Below, piece by piece: positions 25,101 through 43,634 of a stretch of 64,000 bases of DNA. Below the pieces are notes generated by a model that was given only the letters and a program-made list of their open reading frames with translations, was not told the origin of the DNA and did no database searches. The translations under genes and the position numbers were made by a program. Source of the stretch: Squalus acanthias. Its lineage: Eukaryota. Location: the NCBI GenBank assembly GCA_030390025.1, contig CM059432.1, positions 81,966,001-82,030,000 of the forward strand, read 5' to 3'. Every line of letters begins with the position of its first letter. Within the stretch, counting starts at the first letter, position 1.

Positions 25101-28100
25101 GACTGCACACACTACACAGAGACTGCACACACTACACACAGACTGCACACACTACACACAGAGACTACACATACTACACACAGACTGCACACACTACACA
25201 CAGACTGCACACACTACACACAGAGACTGCACACACTACACACAGACTGCACACACTACACAGAGACTGCTCACACTACACACCGACTGCACACACTACA
25301 CACAGAATGTACACACTACACACAGAATGCACACACTACACACAGACTGCACACACTACACACCGACTGCACACACTACACACAGACTGCACACACTATA
25401 CACAGACTGCACACACTACACACAGACTGCACACACTACACACAGACTGCACACACTACACACAGACTACACACACTACACACAGACTGCACACACTACA
25501 TACAGACTGCACACACTACACACAGGCTGCATACACTACACACAGACAGCTCACACTACATACAGACTGCACACACTACACACAGACTGCACACACTACA
25601 CGCAGACTGCACACACTACACACAGACTGCACACACTACACACAGACTGCACACACTATACACAGACTGCACACACTACATACAGACTGCACACACTACA
25701 CACAGACTGCACACACTACACACAGACTGCACACACTACACACACACTGCACACACTATACACAGACTGCACACGCTACACACAGACTACACACACTACA
25801 CACAGACTGCACACTCTATATACACACAGACTGCACACACTACACACAGACTACATACACTACACACAGACTGCACACACTACACACAGAGACTGCACAC
25901 ACTACACACAGACTACACACACTACACACAGACTGCACACACTGCACACACTACACACAGACTGTACACACTATACACAGACTACACACAATACACACAG
26001 ACTGCACACACGAAACACAGAGACTGCACACACTACACACAGACTACACACACTACACACAGACTGCACACACTACACACAGACTGCACACACTACACAC
26101 AGAGACTGCACACACTACACAGAGTCTGCACACACTACACACTACTGCACAAACTTAACAGAGACTGCACACACTACACATAGACTGCACACACTACACA
26201 CAGACTGCACACACTACACACAGACTGCACACACTACACAGAGTATGCACACACTACACACAGAGACTGCACATACTACACACAGACTGCACACACTACA
26301 CACAGACTGCTCACACTACACACAGACTGCACACACTACACACAGATTGCACACACTACACACAGACTGCACACACAACACACAGACTGCACACACTACA
26401 CACAGAGACTGCACACACTACAAACAGACTGCACAAACTACACAGAGACTGCACACACTACACACAGACTGCACACACTACACAGAGTCTGCACACACTA
26501 CACACAGACTGCACACACTACAAATAGACTGCACAAACTACACAGAGACTGCACACACTAAACACAGACTGCACACACTACACAGTGTCTGCACACACTA
26601 CACACAGAGACTGCACACACTACACACAGACTGCACACACTACACAGAGTCTGCACACACTACACACAGAGACTGCACACACTACACACAGACTACACAC
26701 ACTACACACAGACTACACACACTACACACAGACTGCACACACTACATACAGACTGCACACACTACACACAGGCTGCACACACTACACACAGACAGCTCAC
26801 ACTACATACAGACTGCACACACTACACACAGACTGCACACACTACACACAGACTGCAAACACTACATACAGACTGCACACACTACTCACAGGCTGCACAC
26901 ACTACACACAGACTGCATGTACTACACACAGACTGCACACACTATATATACAGACTGCACACACAACACAGAGACTGCACACACTATACACAGACTGCAC
27001 ACACTACACACACACTGCACACACTATACACAGACTGCACACGCTACACACAGACTACACACACTACACACAGACTGCACACACTATATACACACAGACA
27101 GCACACACTACACACAGACTACAGACACTACACACAGACTGCACACACTATATACACACAGACTGCACACACTGCACACAGACTACACACACTACACACA
27201 GACTGCACACACTACATACAGACTGCACACACTACACACACGCTGCACACACTACACACAGACTGCATGTACTACACACAGACTGCACACACTATATATA
27301 CAGACTGCACACACTACACACAGACTGCACACACTATATACACACAGACTGCACACACTACACACAGACTGCACACACTACACACAGACTACACACACTA
27401 CACACAGACTGCACACACTACACAGAGAATGCACACACTATATACACACGGACTGCACACACTACACAAAGACTGCACACACTACACACAGACTGCACAC
27501 ACTACATACAGACTGCACACACTATACACAGACTGCACACACTACACACAGACTTCACACACTACACACAGACTGCACACACTGCACACACTACACACAG
27601 ACTGTACACACTATACACAGACTGCACACAATACACACAGACTGCACACACGAAACACAGAGACTGCACACACTACACACAGACTACACACACTACACAC
27701 AGACTGCACACACTACACACAGACTGCACACACTACACACAGAGACTGCACACACTACACAGAGTCTGCACACACTACACACAGAGACTGCACATACTAC
27801 ACACAGACTGCACACACTACACACAGACTGCACACACTACACAGAGACTGCACACACTACACATAGACTGCACACACTACACAGAGACTGCACACACTAC
27901 ACACTACTGCACAAACTTAACAGAGACTGCACACACTACACATAGACTGCACACACTACACACAGACTGCACACACGACACACAGACTGCACACACTACA
28001 CAGAGTCTGCACACACTACACACAGAGACTGCACATACTACACACAGACTGCACACACTACACACAGACTGCTCACACTACACACAGACTGCACACACTA

Positions 28101-31100
28101 CACACAGATTGCACACACTACACACAGACTGCACACACTACACACAGACTGCACACACTACACACAGAGACTGCACACACTACAAACAGACTGCACAAAC
28201 TACACAGAGACTGCACACACTACACACAGACTGCACACACTACACAGAGTCTGCACACACTACATACAGACTGCACACACTACAAATAGACTGCACAAAC
28301 TACACAGAGACTGCACACACTAAACACAGACTGCACACACTACACTCAGAGACTGCACACACTACAAACAGACTGCACAAACTACACAGAGACTGCACAC
28401 ACTACACACAGAGACTGCACACACTACACAGAGTCTGCATACACTACACACAGACTGCACACACGACACACAGACTGCACACACTAAACACAGACTGCAC
28501 ACACTACACACAGAATGCACACACTACACACAGACTGCACACACTAAACACAGAATGCACACACTACACACAGAATGCACACACTACACACAGAATGCAC
28601 ACACTACACACAGACTGCACACTCTACACACAGACTGCCCACACTATACACAGACTTCACACACTACACACAGCCTGCACACACTACACACAGACTGCAC
28701 ACACTACACACAGACTGTACACACTACACATAGACTGCACACACTACACACAGAGACTGCACACACTACAAACTGAGACGGCACACACTACGCACAGATT
28801 GCACACACTATACACAGAGACTGCACACACTACACACAGAGACTACACACACTACACACAGACTGCACACACTACACACAGACTGCACGCACTACACACA
28901 GACTGCACACACTCCACACAGAATGCACACACTACACAGAGAATGCACACACTACACAACAGAATGCACACACTACACACAGAATGTACACACTACACAC
29001 AGAATGCACACACTACACACAGACTGCACACACTACACACCGACTGCACACACTACACACAGACTGCACACACTACACACAGACTGCACGCACTACACAC
29101 AGACTGCACACACTCCACACAGAATGCACACACTACACAGAGAATGCACACACTACACAACAGAATGCACACACTACACACAGAATGTACACACTACACA
29201 CAGAATGCACACACTACACACAGACTGCACACACTACACACCGACTGCACACACTACACACAGACTGCACACACTATACACAGACTGCACACACTACACA
29301 CAGACTGCACACACCACACACAGACTGCACACACTGCACACAGACTACACACACTACACACAGACTGCACACACTACATACAGACTGCACACACTACACA
29401 CAGGCTGCATACACTACACACAGACAGCTCACACTACATACAGACTTCACACACTACACACAGACTGCACACACTACACGCAGACTGCACACACTACACA
29501 CAGACTGCACACACTACACACAGACTGCACACACTATACACAGACTGCACACACTACATACAGACTGCACACACTACACACAGACTGCACACACTACACA
29601 CAGACTGCACACACTACACACAGACTGCACACACTACACACAGACTACACACACTACACACAGACTGCACACACTACATACAGCCTGCACACACTACACA
29701 CAGGCTGCATACACTACACACAGACAGCTCACACTACACACAGACTGCACACACTACACACAGACTGCACACACTACACACAGACTGCACACACTACACA
29801 CAGACTGCACACACTACACACAGACTGCACACACTACACACAGACTGCATGTACTACACACAGACTGCACACACTATATATACAGACTGCACACACAACA
29901 CAGAGATGGCACACGCTACACACAGACTACGCACACTACACACAGACTGCACACACTATATACACACAGACTGCACACACTACACACAGACTACACACAC
30001 TACACACAGACTGCACACACTATATACACACAGGCTGCACACACTACACACAGACTGCACACACTACACACAGACTGCACACACTACATACAGACTGCAC
30101 ACACTACACACAGGCTGCACACACTACACACAGACTGCGTGTACTACACACAGACTGCACACACTATATATACAGACTGCACACACTACACACAGACTGC
30201 ACACACTATAAACACACAGACTGCACTCACTACACACAGACTGCACACACTACACACAGACTGCACACGCTACACACAGAATGCACACACTATACACAGT
30301 CTGCACATGCTAGACACAGACTACACACACTACACACAGACTGCACACACTATATACACACAGACTGCACACACTACACAGAGTCTGCACACACTACACA
30401 CAGACTGCACACACTATACACAGACTGCACACTCTACACACAGACTGCACACACTACACACAGAATGCACACACTATATACACACAGACTGCACACACTA
30501 CACACAGACTGCACACACTACACACAGACTGCACACACTACATACAGACTGCACACACTATACACAGACTGCACACACTACACACAGACTGCACACACTA
30601 CATACAGACTGCACACACTATACACAGACTGCACACACTACACACAGACTGCACACACTACACACACACTGCACACACTATACACAGACTGCACACGCTA
30701 CACACAGACTACACACACTACACACAGACTGCACACTCTATATTACACACAGACTGCACACACTACACACAGACTACATACACTACACACAGACTGCACA
30801 CACTACACACAGAGACTGCACACACTACACACAGACTACACACACTACACACAGACTGCACACACTGCACACACTACACACAGACTGTACACACTATACA
30901 CAGATTGCACACAATACACACAGACTGCACACACGAAACACAGAGACTGCACACACTACACACAGACTACACACACTACACATAGACTGCACACACTACA
31001 CACAGACTGCACACACTACACACAGAGACTGCACACACTACACAGAGTCTGCACACACTACACACAGAGACTGCTCACACTACACACAGACTGCACACAC

Positions 31101-34100
31101 TACGCATAGACTGCACACACTACACAGAGACTGCACACACTACACATAGACTGCACACACTACACAGAGACTGCACACACTACACACTACTGCACAAACT
31201 TAACAGAGACTGCACACACTACACATAGACTGCACACACTACACACAGAGTGCACACACTACACACAGACTGCACACACTACACACAGACTGCTCACACT
31301 ACACACAGACTGCACACACTACACACAGATTGCACACACTACACACAGACTGCACACACTACACACAGACTGCACACACTACACACAGAGACTGCACACA
31401 CTACAAACAGACTGCACAAACTACACAGAGACTGCACACACTACACACAGACTGCACACACTACACAGAGTCTGCACACACTACACAGAGAATGCACACA
31501 CTACACAACAGAATGCACACACTACACACAGACTGCACACACTACACACAGAATGCACACACTACACACAGACTGCACACACTACACACCGACTGCACAC
31601 ACTACACACAGACTGCACACACTACACACAGAATGCACACACTACACACAGACTGCACACACTAAACACAGAATGTACACACTACACACAGAATGCACAC
31701 ACTACACACAGACTGCACACTCTACACACAGACTGCCCACACTATACACAGACTTCACACACTACACACAGCCTGCACACACTACACACAGACTGCACAC
31801 ACTACACACAGACTGTACACACTACACATAGACTGCACACACTACACACAGAGACTGCACACACTACAAACTGAGACGGCACACACTACGCACAGATTGC
31901 ACACACTATACACAGAGACTGCACACACTACACACAGAGACTACACACACTACACACAGACTGCACACACTACACACAGACTGCACGCACTACACACAGA
32001 CTGCACACACTCCACACAGAATGCACACACTACACAGAGAATGCACACACTACACAACAGAATGCACACACTACACACAGAATGTACACACTACACACAG
32101 AATGCACACACTACACACAGACTGCACACACTACACACCGACTGCACACACTACACACAGACTGCACACACTATACACAGACTGCACACACTACACACAG
32201 ACTGCACACACCACACACAGACTGCACACACCGCACACAGACTACACACACTACACACAGACTGCACACACTACATACAGACTGCACACACTACACACAG
32301 GCTGCATACACTACACACAGACAGCTCACACTACATACAGACTTCACACACTACACACAGACTGCACACACTACACGCAGACTGCACACACTACACACAG
32401 ACTGCACACACTACACACAGACTGCACACACTATACACAGACTGCACACACTACATACAGACTGCACACACTACACACAGACTGCACACACTACACACAG
32501 ACTACACACACTACACACAGACTGCACACACTACATACAGCCTGCACACACTACACACAGGCTGCATACACTACACACAGACAGCTCACACTACACACAG
32601 ACTGCACACACTACACACAGACTGCACACACTACACACAGACTGCACACACTACACACAGACTGCACACACTACACACAGACTGCACACACTACACACAG
32701 ACTGCATGTACTACACACAGACTGCACACACTATATATACAGACTGCACACACAACACAGAGATGGCACACGCTACACACAGACTACGCACACTACACAC
32801 AGACTGCACACACTATATACACACAGACTGCACACACTACACACAGACTACACACACTACACACAGACTGCACACACTATATACACACAGGCTGCACACA
32901 CTACACACAGACTGCACACACTACACACAGACTGCACACACTACATACAGACTGCACACACTACACACAGACTGCACACACTACACACAGACTGCGTGTA
33001 CTACACACAGACTGCACACACTATATATACACAGACTGCACACACTACACACAGACTGCACACACTATAAACACACAGACTGCACTCACTACACACAGAC
33101 TGCACACACTACACACAGACTGCACACGCTACACACAGAATGCACACACTATACACAGTCTGCACATGCTAGACACAGACTACACACACTACACACAGAC
33201 TGCACACACTATATACACACAGACTGCACACACTACACAGAGTCTGCACACACTACACACAGACTGCACACACTATACACAGACTGCACACTCTACACAC
33301 AGACTGCACACACTACACACAGAATGCACACACTATATACACACAGACTGCACACACTACACACAGACTGCACACACTACACACAGACTGCACACACTAC
33401 ATACAGACTGCACACACTATACACAGACTGCACACACTACACACAGACTGCACACACTACATACAGACTGCACACACTATACACAGACTGCACACACTAC
33501 ACACAGACTGCACACACTACACACACACTGCACACACTATACACAGACTGCACACGCTACACACAGACTACACACACTACACACAGACTGCACACTCTAT
33601 ATTACACACAGACTGCACACACTACACACAGACTACATACACTACACACAGACTGCACACACTACACACAGAGACTGCACACACTACACACAGACTACAC
33701 ACACTACACACAGACTGCACACACTGCACACACTACACACAGACTGTACACACTATACACAGATTGCACACAATACACACAGACTGCACACACGAAACAC
33801 AGAGACTGCACACACTACACACAGACTACACACACTACACATAGACTGCACACACTACACACAGACTGCACACACTACACACAGAGACTGCACACACTAC
33901 ACAGAGTCTGCACACACTACACACAGAGACTGCTCACACTACACACAGACTGCACACACTACGCATAGACTGCACACACTACACAGAGACTGCACACACT
34001 ACACATAGACTGCACACACTACACAGAGACTGCACACACTACACACTACTGCACAAACTTAACAGAGACTGCACACACTACACATAGACTGCACACACTA

Positions 34101-37100
34101 CACACAGAGTGCACACACTACACACAGACTGCACACACTACACAGAGTCTGCACACACTACACACAGAGACTGCACATACTACACACAGACTGCACACAC
34201 TACACACAGACTGCTCACACTACACACAGACTGCACACACTACACACAGATTGCACACACTACACACAGACTGCACACACTACACACAGACTGCACACAC
34301 TACACACAGAGACTGCACACACTACAAACAGACTGCACAAACTACACAGAGACTGCACACACTACACACAGACTGCACACACTACACAGAGTCTGCACAC
34401 ACTACACAGAGAATGCACACACTACACAACAGAATGCACACACTACACACAGACTGCACACACTACACACAGAATGCACACACTACACACAGACTGCACA
34501 CACTACACACCGACTGCACACACTACACACAGACTGCACACACTACACACAGAATGCACACACTACACACAGACTGCACACACTAAACACAGAATGCACA
34601 CACTACACACAGAATGCACACACTACACACAGACTGCACACTCTACACACAGACTGCCCACACTATACACAGACTTCACACACTACACACAGCCTGCACA
34701 CACTACACACAGACTGCACACACTACACACAGACTGTACACACTACACATAGACTGCACACACTACACACAGAGACTGCACACACTACAAACTGAGACGG
34801 CACACACTACGCACAGATTGCACACACTATACACAGAGACTGCACACACTACACACAGAGACTACACACACTACACACAGACTGCACACACTACACACAG
34901 ACTGCACGCACTACACACAGACTGCACACACTCCACACAGAATGCACACACTACACAGAGAATGCACACACTACACAACAGAATGCACACACTACACACA
35001 GAATGTACACACTACACACAGAATGCACACACTACACACAGACTGCACACACTACACACCGACTGCACACACTACACACAGACTGCACACACTATACACA
35101 GACTGCACACACTACACACAGACTGCACACACCACACACAGACTGCACACACTGCACACAGACTACACACACTACACACAGACTGCACACACTACATACA
35201 GACTGCACACACTACACACAGGCTGCATACACTACACACAGACAGCTCACACTACATACAGACTTCACACACTACACACAGACTGCACACACTACACGCA
35301 GACTGCACACACTACATGCAGACTGCACACACTACACACAGACTGCACACACTACACACAGACTGCACACACTATACACAGACTGCACACACTACATACA
35401 GACTGCACACACTACACACAGACTGCACACACTACACACAGACTGCACACACTACACACAGACTACACACACTACACACAGACTGCACACACTACATACA
35501 GCCTGCACACACTACACACAGGCTGCATACACTACACACAGACAGCTCACACTACACACAGACTGCACACACTACACACAGACTGCACACACTACACACA
35601 GACTGCACACACTACACACAGACTGCACACACTACACACAGACTGCACACACTACACACAGACTGCATGTACTACACACAGACTGCACACACTATATATA
35701 CAGACTGCACACACAACACAGAGATGGCACACGCTACACACAGACTACGCACACTACACACAGACTGCACACACTATATACACACAGACTGCACACACTA
35801 CACACAGACTACACACACTACACACAGACTGCACACACTATATACACACAGGCTGCACACACTACACACAGACTGCACACACTACACACAGACTGCACAC
35901 ACTACATACAGACTGCACACACTACACACAGGCTGCACACACTACACACAGACTGCGTGTACTACACACAGACTGCACACACTATATATACAGACTGCAC
36001 ACACTACACACAGACTGCACACACTATAAACACACAGACTGCACTCACTACACACAGACTGCACACACTACACACAGACTGCACACGCTACACACAGAAT
36101 GCACACACTATACACAGTCTGCACATGCTAGACACAGACTACACACACTACACACAGACTGCACACACTATATACACACAGACTGCACACACTACACAGA
36201 GTCTGCACACACTACACACAGACTGCACACACTATACACAGACTGCACACTCTACACACAGACTGCACACACTACACACAGAATGCACACACTATATACA
36301 CACAGACTGCACACACTACACACAGACTGCACACACTACACACAGACTGCACACACTACATACAGACTGCACACACTATACACAGACTGCACACACTACA
36401 CACAGACTGCACACACTACATACAGACTGCACACACTATACACAGACTGCACACACTACACACAGACTGCACACACTACACACACACTGCACACACTATA
36501 CACAGACTGCACACGCTACACACAGACTACACACACTACACACAGACTGCACACTCTATATTACACACAGACTGCACACACTACACACAGACTACATACA
36601 CTACAAACAGACTGCACACACTACACACAGAGACTGCACACACTACACACAGACTACACACACTACACACAGACTGCACACACTGCACACACTACACACA
36701 GACTGTACACACTATACACAGATTGCACACAATACACACAGACTGCACACACGAAACACAGAGACTGCACACACTACACACAGACTACACACACTACACA
36801 TAGACTGCACACACTACACACAGACTGCACACACTACACACAGAGACTGCACACACTACACAGAGTCTGCACACACTACACACAGAGACTGCTCACACTA
36901 CACACAGACTGCACACACTACGCATAGACTGCACACACTACACAGAGACTGCACACACTACACATAGACTGCACACACTACACAGAGACTGCACACACTA
37001 CACACTACTGCACAAACTTAACAGAGACTGCACACACTACACATAGACTGCACACACTACACACAGAGTGCACACACTACACACAGACTGCACACACTAC

Positions 37101-40100
37101 ACAGAGTCTGCACACACTACACACAGAGACTGCACATACTACACACAGACTGCACACACTACACACAGACTGCTCACACTACACACAGACTGCACACACT
37201 ACACACAGATTGCACACACTACACACAGACTGCACACACTACACACAGACTGCACACACTACACACAGAGACTGCACACACTACAAACAGACTGCACAAA
37301 CTACACAGAGACTGCACACACTACACACAGACTGCACACACTACACAGAGTCTGCACACACTACACAGAGAATGCACACACTACACAACAGAATGCACAC
37401 ACTACACACAGACTGCACACACTACACACAGAATGCACACACTACACACAGACTGCACACACTACACACCGACTGCACACACTACACACAGACTGCACAC
37501 ACTATACACAGACTGCACACACTACACACAGAATGCACACACTACACACAGACTGCACACGCTACACACAGACTGCACACACTATACACAGCCTGCACAC
37601 ACTAAACACAGACTACACACACTACACACAGACTGCACACACTACACACAGACTGCATACACTGCACACAGACTGTACACACTACACACAGACTGCACAC
37701 ACTACACACAGAATGCACACACAACACACAGAATGCACACACTACACACAAACTGCACACACTACACACAAACTGCACACACTACACACAGACTGTACAC
37801 ACTACACACAGACTGCACACACTACACACAGAATGCACACACTACACACAGACTGCACACACTACAGACAGAATGCACACAATATACACAGACTGCACAC
37901 ACTACACACAGACTGCATGTACTACACACAGACTGCACACACTACACACGGAATGCACACACTACACACAGACTGCACACACTACACACAGAATGCACAC
38001 ATTATACACAGACTGCACACGCTACACACAGACTGCATGTACTACACACAGACTGCACGCACTATACACAGACTGCACACACTACACACAGACTGCACAC
38101 ACTACACACAGACTACACACACTACACACAGACTGCACACACTACATACAGACTGCACACACTACACACAGGCTGCACACACTACACACAGACAGCTCAC
38201 ACTACATACAGACTGCACACACTACACACAGACTGCACACACTACACACAGACTGCAAACACTACATACAGACTGCACACACTACTCACAGGCTGCACAC
38301 ACTACACACAGACTGCATGTACTACACACAGACTGCACACACTATATATACAGACTGCACACACAACACAGAGACTGCACACACTACACACAGACTGCAC
38401 ACACTACACACACACTGCACACACTATACACAGACTGCACACACTACACACAGACTACACACACTACACACAGACTGCACACACTACATACAGACTGCAC
38501 ACACTACACACAGGCTGCACACACTACACACAGAATGCACACATTATACACAGACTGCACACACTACACACAGACTGCACACACTACACACAGACTACAC
38601 ACACTACACACAGACTGCACACACTACATACAGACTGCACACACTACACACAGGCTGCACACACTACACACAGACAGCTCACACTACATACAGACTGCAC
38701 ACACTACACACAGACTGCACACACTACACACAGACTGCAAACACTACATACAGACTGCACACACTACTCACAGGCTGCACACACTACACACAGACTGCAT
38801 GTACTACACACAGACTGCACACACTATATATACAGACTGCACACACAACACAGAGACTGCACACACTACACACAGACTGCACACACTACACACACACTGC
38901 ACACACTATACACAGACTGCACACGCTACACACAGACTACACACACTACACACAGACTGCACACAATATATACACACAGACAGCACACACTACACACAGA
39001 CTACACACACTACACACAGACTGCACACACTATATACACACAGACTGCACACACTAAACACAGACTGCACACACTACATACAGACTGCACACACTACACA
39101 CAGGCTGCACACACTACACACAGACTGCATGTACTACACACAGACTGCACACACTATATATACAGACTGCACACACTACACACAGACTGCACACACTATA
39201 TACACACAGACTGCACACACTACACACAGACTGCACACACTACACACAGACTACACACACTACACACAGACTGCACACACTACACAGAGAATGCACACAC
39301 TATATACACACGGACTGCACACACTACACAAAGACTGCACACACTACACACAGACTGCACACACTACATACAGACTGCACACACTATACACAGACTGCAC
39401 ACACTACACACAGACTTCACACACTACACACAGACTGCACACACTGCACACACTACACACAGACTGTACACACTATACACAGACTGCACACAATACACAC
39501 AGACAGCACACACGAAACACAGAGACTGCACACACTACACACAGACTACACACACTACACACAGACTGCACACACTACACATAGACTGCACACACGACAC
39601 AGAGACTGCACACACTACACACTACTGCACAAACTTAACAGAGACTGCACACACTACACATAGACTGCACACACTACACACAGACTGCACACACTACACA
39701 CAGACTGCACACACTACACAGAGTCTGCACACACTACACACAGAGACTGCACATACTACACACAGACTGCACACACTACACACAGACTGCTCACACTACA
39801 CACAGACTGCACACACTACACACAGATTGCACACACTACACACAGACTGCACACACTACACACAGACTGCACACACTACACACAGAGACTGCACACACTA
39901 CAAACAGACTGCACAAACTACACAGAGACTGCACACACTACACAGCGTCTGCACACACTACACACAGACTGCACACACTACAAATAGACTGCACAAACTA
40001 CACAGTGACTGCACACACTAAACACAGACTGCACACACTACACAGAGTCTGCACACACTACACACAGAGACTGCACACACTACACACAGACTACACACAC

Positions 40101-41284
40101 TACACACAGACTACACAGAGTCTGCACACACTACACTCAGAGACTGCACACACTACAAACAGACTGCACAAACTACACAGAGACTGCACATACTACACAC
40201 AGAGACTGCACACACTACACAGAGTCTGCATACACTACACACAGACTGCACACACTACACACAGACTGCACACACTAAACACAGACTGCACACACTACAC
40301 ACAGAATGCACACACTACACACAGACTGCACACACTAAACACAGAATGCACACACTACACACAGAATGCACACACTACACACAGACTGCACACTCTACAC
40401 ACAGACTGCCCACACTATACACAGACTTCACACACTACACACAGCCTGCACACACTACACACAGACTGTACACACTACACATAGACTGCACACACTACAC
40501 ACAGAGACTGCACACACTACAAACAGAGACGGCACACACTACGCACAGATTGCACACACTATACACTGAGACTGCACACACTACACACAGAGACTTCACA
40601 CACTACACACAGACTGCACACACTACACACAGACTGCACACACTACACAGAGAATGCACACACTACACAACAGAATGCACACACTAAACACAGACTGCAC
40701 ACACTACACACAGAATGCACACACTACACACAGACTGCACACACTACACACCGACTGCACACACTACACACAGACTGCACACACTATACACAGACTGCAC
40801 ACACTACACACAGAATGCACACACTACACACAGACTCACACAGACTGCACACACTACACAGAGACTGCACACACTATACACAGACTGCACACACTACACA
40901 CAGACTGCACACACTACACACAGCCTGCACACTCTACACACAGACTGCACACACTACACACATAGACTGCACACACTACACACAGACTGCACACACTACA
41001 CACAGACGGCACACACTACACACAGACTGCACACACTACACACAGCCTGCACACTCTACACACAGACTGCACACACTACACACACAGACTGCACACACTA
41101 CACACAGACTGCACACACTACACAGAGACTGCACACACTACACACAGACTGCACACACTACACACAGACGGCACACACTACACACAGACTGCACACACTA
41201 CACACAGACTGCACACACTACACACAGACTGCACACACTACACAGAGACTGCACACTACACACAGACTGCACACACTACACAAA

Positions 41285-42028
41285 GGCCCAAAAATTCGTG
41301 TGGAAGCCTTCGTGCGAGGGTAAGACTTCCCCGCGATCTCTCACTGCGCGTTTGCTTTTTCAGTTCCAGCTCGCACGAATTTGATGTTCTGGACAGCTGC
41401 TGTGCTGGGCTTGCGTATCCCACAGGCGCAGTTAATTCGTGCGAGCTGTGGGATCACGTGACTCAGTTAGAGCCAATGGCAGCACACCATCTTCCATTCA
41501 TAACTTTCACATAAGTGCTGTGAAAGCTATGAATACTATAGCCCCCCAAAAGAACAGCTAAACCTCAATTAAATTTTAAAAAAAAACCATCACATTAATA
41601 AAATTAGTATAGTTAAATAAATTAACCATTTTAAATAAAAAATTAAATTTCTGAAAAAATTTAAAATCTTTTAAAAAGTTATAAAAATAAACTTACCTAT
41701 CTTTAAAGTCTCTAAAAAAGATATACCTGTTAAAAAAAATTCAAAATAATACTTAATTCACTACTTACCTTGTTAAAAGTGGTACTTACTCCTCCTTTTT
41801 TTATGTGTAAAATCTTCCATACTTACCTGCGCGTTGAAACCCCTAAGTGCACTGCATGCGCGCAGCCTGTAGCGCGCACGCGGTTCACCTAGGAACCGCC
41901 CCCTTTTCCATTCACCAAGTGCCGGTTTTCAGCGCATGCGCAGAGCATGCAGAAAACCGGCAATTGGAGACAGAATACGCGAGAGTACACAGTGCGTACT
42001 CTCGCGTAGCGGAACTAATTTTTGGGCC
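41285..42028. mobile_element. TIR element (Harbinger-like MITE family D) embedded in satellite, copy 1
   Basis: 12-bp TIRs GGCCCAAAAATT / AATTTTTGGGCC; CpG-rich, hairpin-rich ends and AT-rich core; no clean TSD (AAA/ATT). Confidence 0.8.
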
Positions 42029-43634
42029 ATTGACTGCACACACTACACATGGACTGCACACACTATAGACACACAGACTGCACACACTACACAGAAACTG
42101 CACACAATACACACAGACTGCACACACTACATACAGACTGCACACACTATAGACACACAGACTGCACACTCTACACAGAGACTGCACACAATACACAGAC
42201 TGCACACACTACACACAGACTACACACACTACACACAGACTGCACACACTACACACAGACTGCACACACTATAGACACGCAGACTGCACACACAAACAGA
42301 GACTGCACACACTACACACAGACTGCACACACTACACACAGACTGCACACACTACACACAGACTGCACACACTACACACAGACTGCACACACTATAGACA
42401 CACAGAATGCACACACTACACACAGACTGCACACACTACACACAGACTGCACACACTACACACAGACTGCACACACTACACAGAGTCTGCACACACTACA
42501 CACAGACTGCACACACTACACACAGACTGCACACACTACACACAGACTGCACACACTACACACAGACTGCACACACTACACACAGACTGCACACACTATA
42601 GACACACACAATGCACACACTACACACAGACTGCACACACTACACACAGACTGCACACGTTACACACAGACTGCGCACACTACACACAGACTGCACACAC
42701 TACACACAGACTGCACACACTATAGACACACAGACTGTGCACACTACACACAGACTGCACACACTGCACACAGACTTCACACGCTACACACAGACTGCAC
42801 ACACTACACACAGACTGCACACACTACACACAGACTGCACACACTACACAGACTGTACACACTACACACAGACTGCACACACTACACACAGACTGCACAC
42901 ACTACACACAGACTGCACACACTACACAGACTGTACACACTACACACAGACTGCACACACTACACAGCGACTGCACACACTACACACAGACTGCACACAC
43001 TACACACAGACTGCACACACTACACACACAGACTGCACACACTACACAGAGACTGCACACACTATACACAGACTACACACACTACACACAGACTGCACAC
43101 GCTACACACAGACTGCACACACTACACAGCGACTGCACACACTACACACAGACTGCACAATTTACACACAGACTGCACACACTACACACACAGACTGCAC
43201 ACACTACACAGAGACTGCACACACTATACACAGACTGCACACACTACACACAGACTGCACACACTACACACAGCCTGCACACTCTACACACAGACTGCAC
43301 ACACTACACACATAGACTGCACACACTACACACAGACTGCACACACTACACACAGACTGCACACACTACACACAGACTGCACACACTACACACAGCCTGC
43401 ACACTCTACACACAGACTGCACACACTACACACACAGACTGCACACACTACACACAGACTGCACACACTACACAGAGACTGCACACACTACACACAGACT
43501 GCACACACTACACACAGACGGCACACACTACACACAGACTGCACACACTACACACAGACTGCACACACTACACACAGACTGCACACACTACACAGAGACT
43601 GCACACTACACACAGACTGCACACACTACACAAA

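Noticed and set aside
41819..41829. U1 snRNA gene (ATACTTACCTG; also at 16991)
   Set aside because: Only the first 11 nt match and the following sequence does not resemble U1; better read as a consensus splice donor on the opposite strand.
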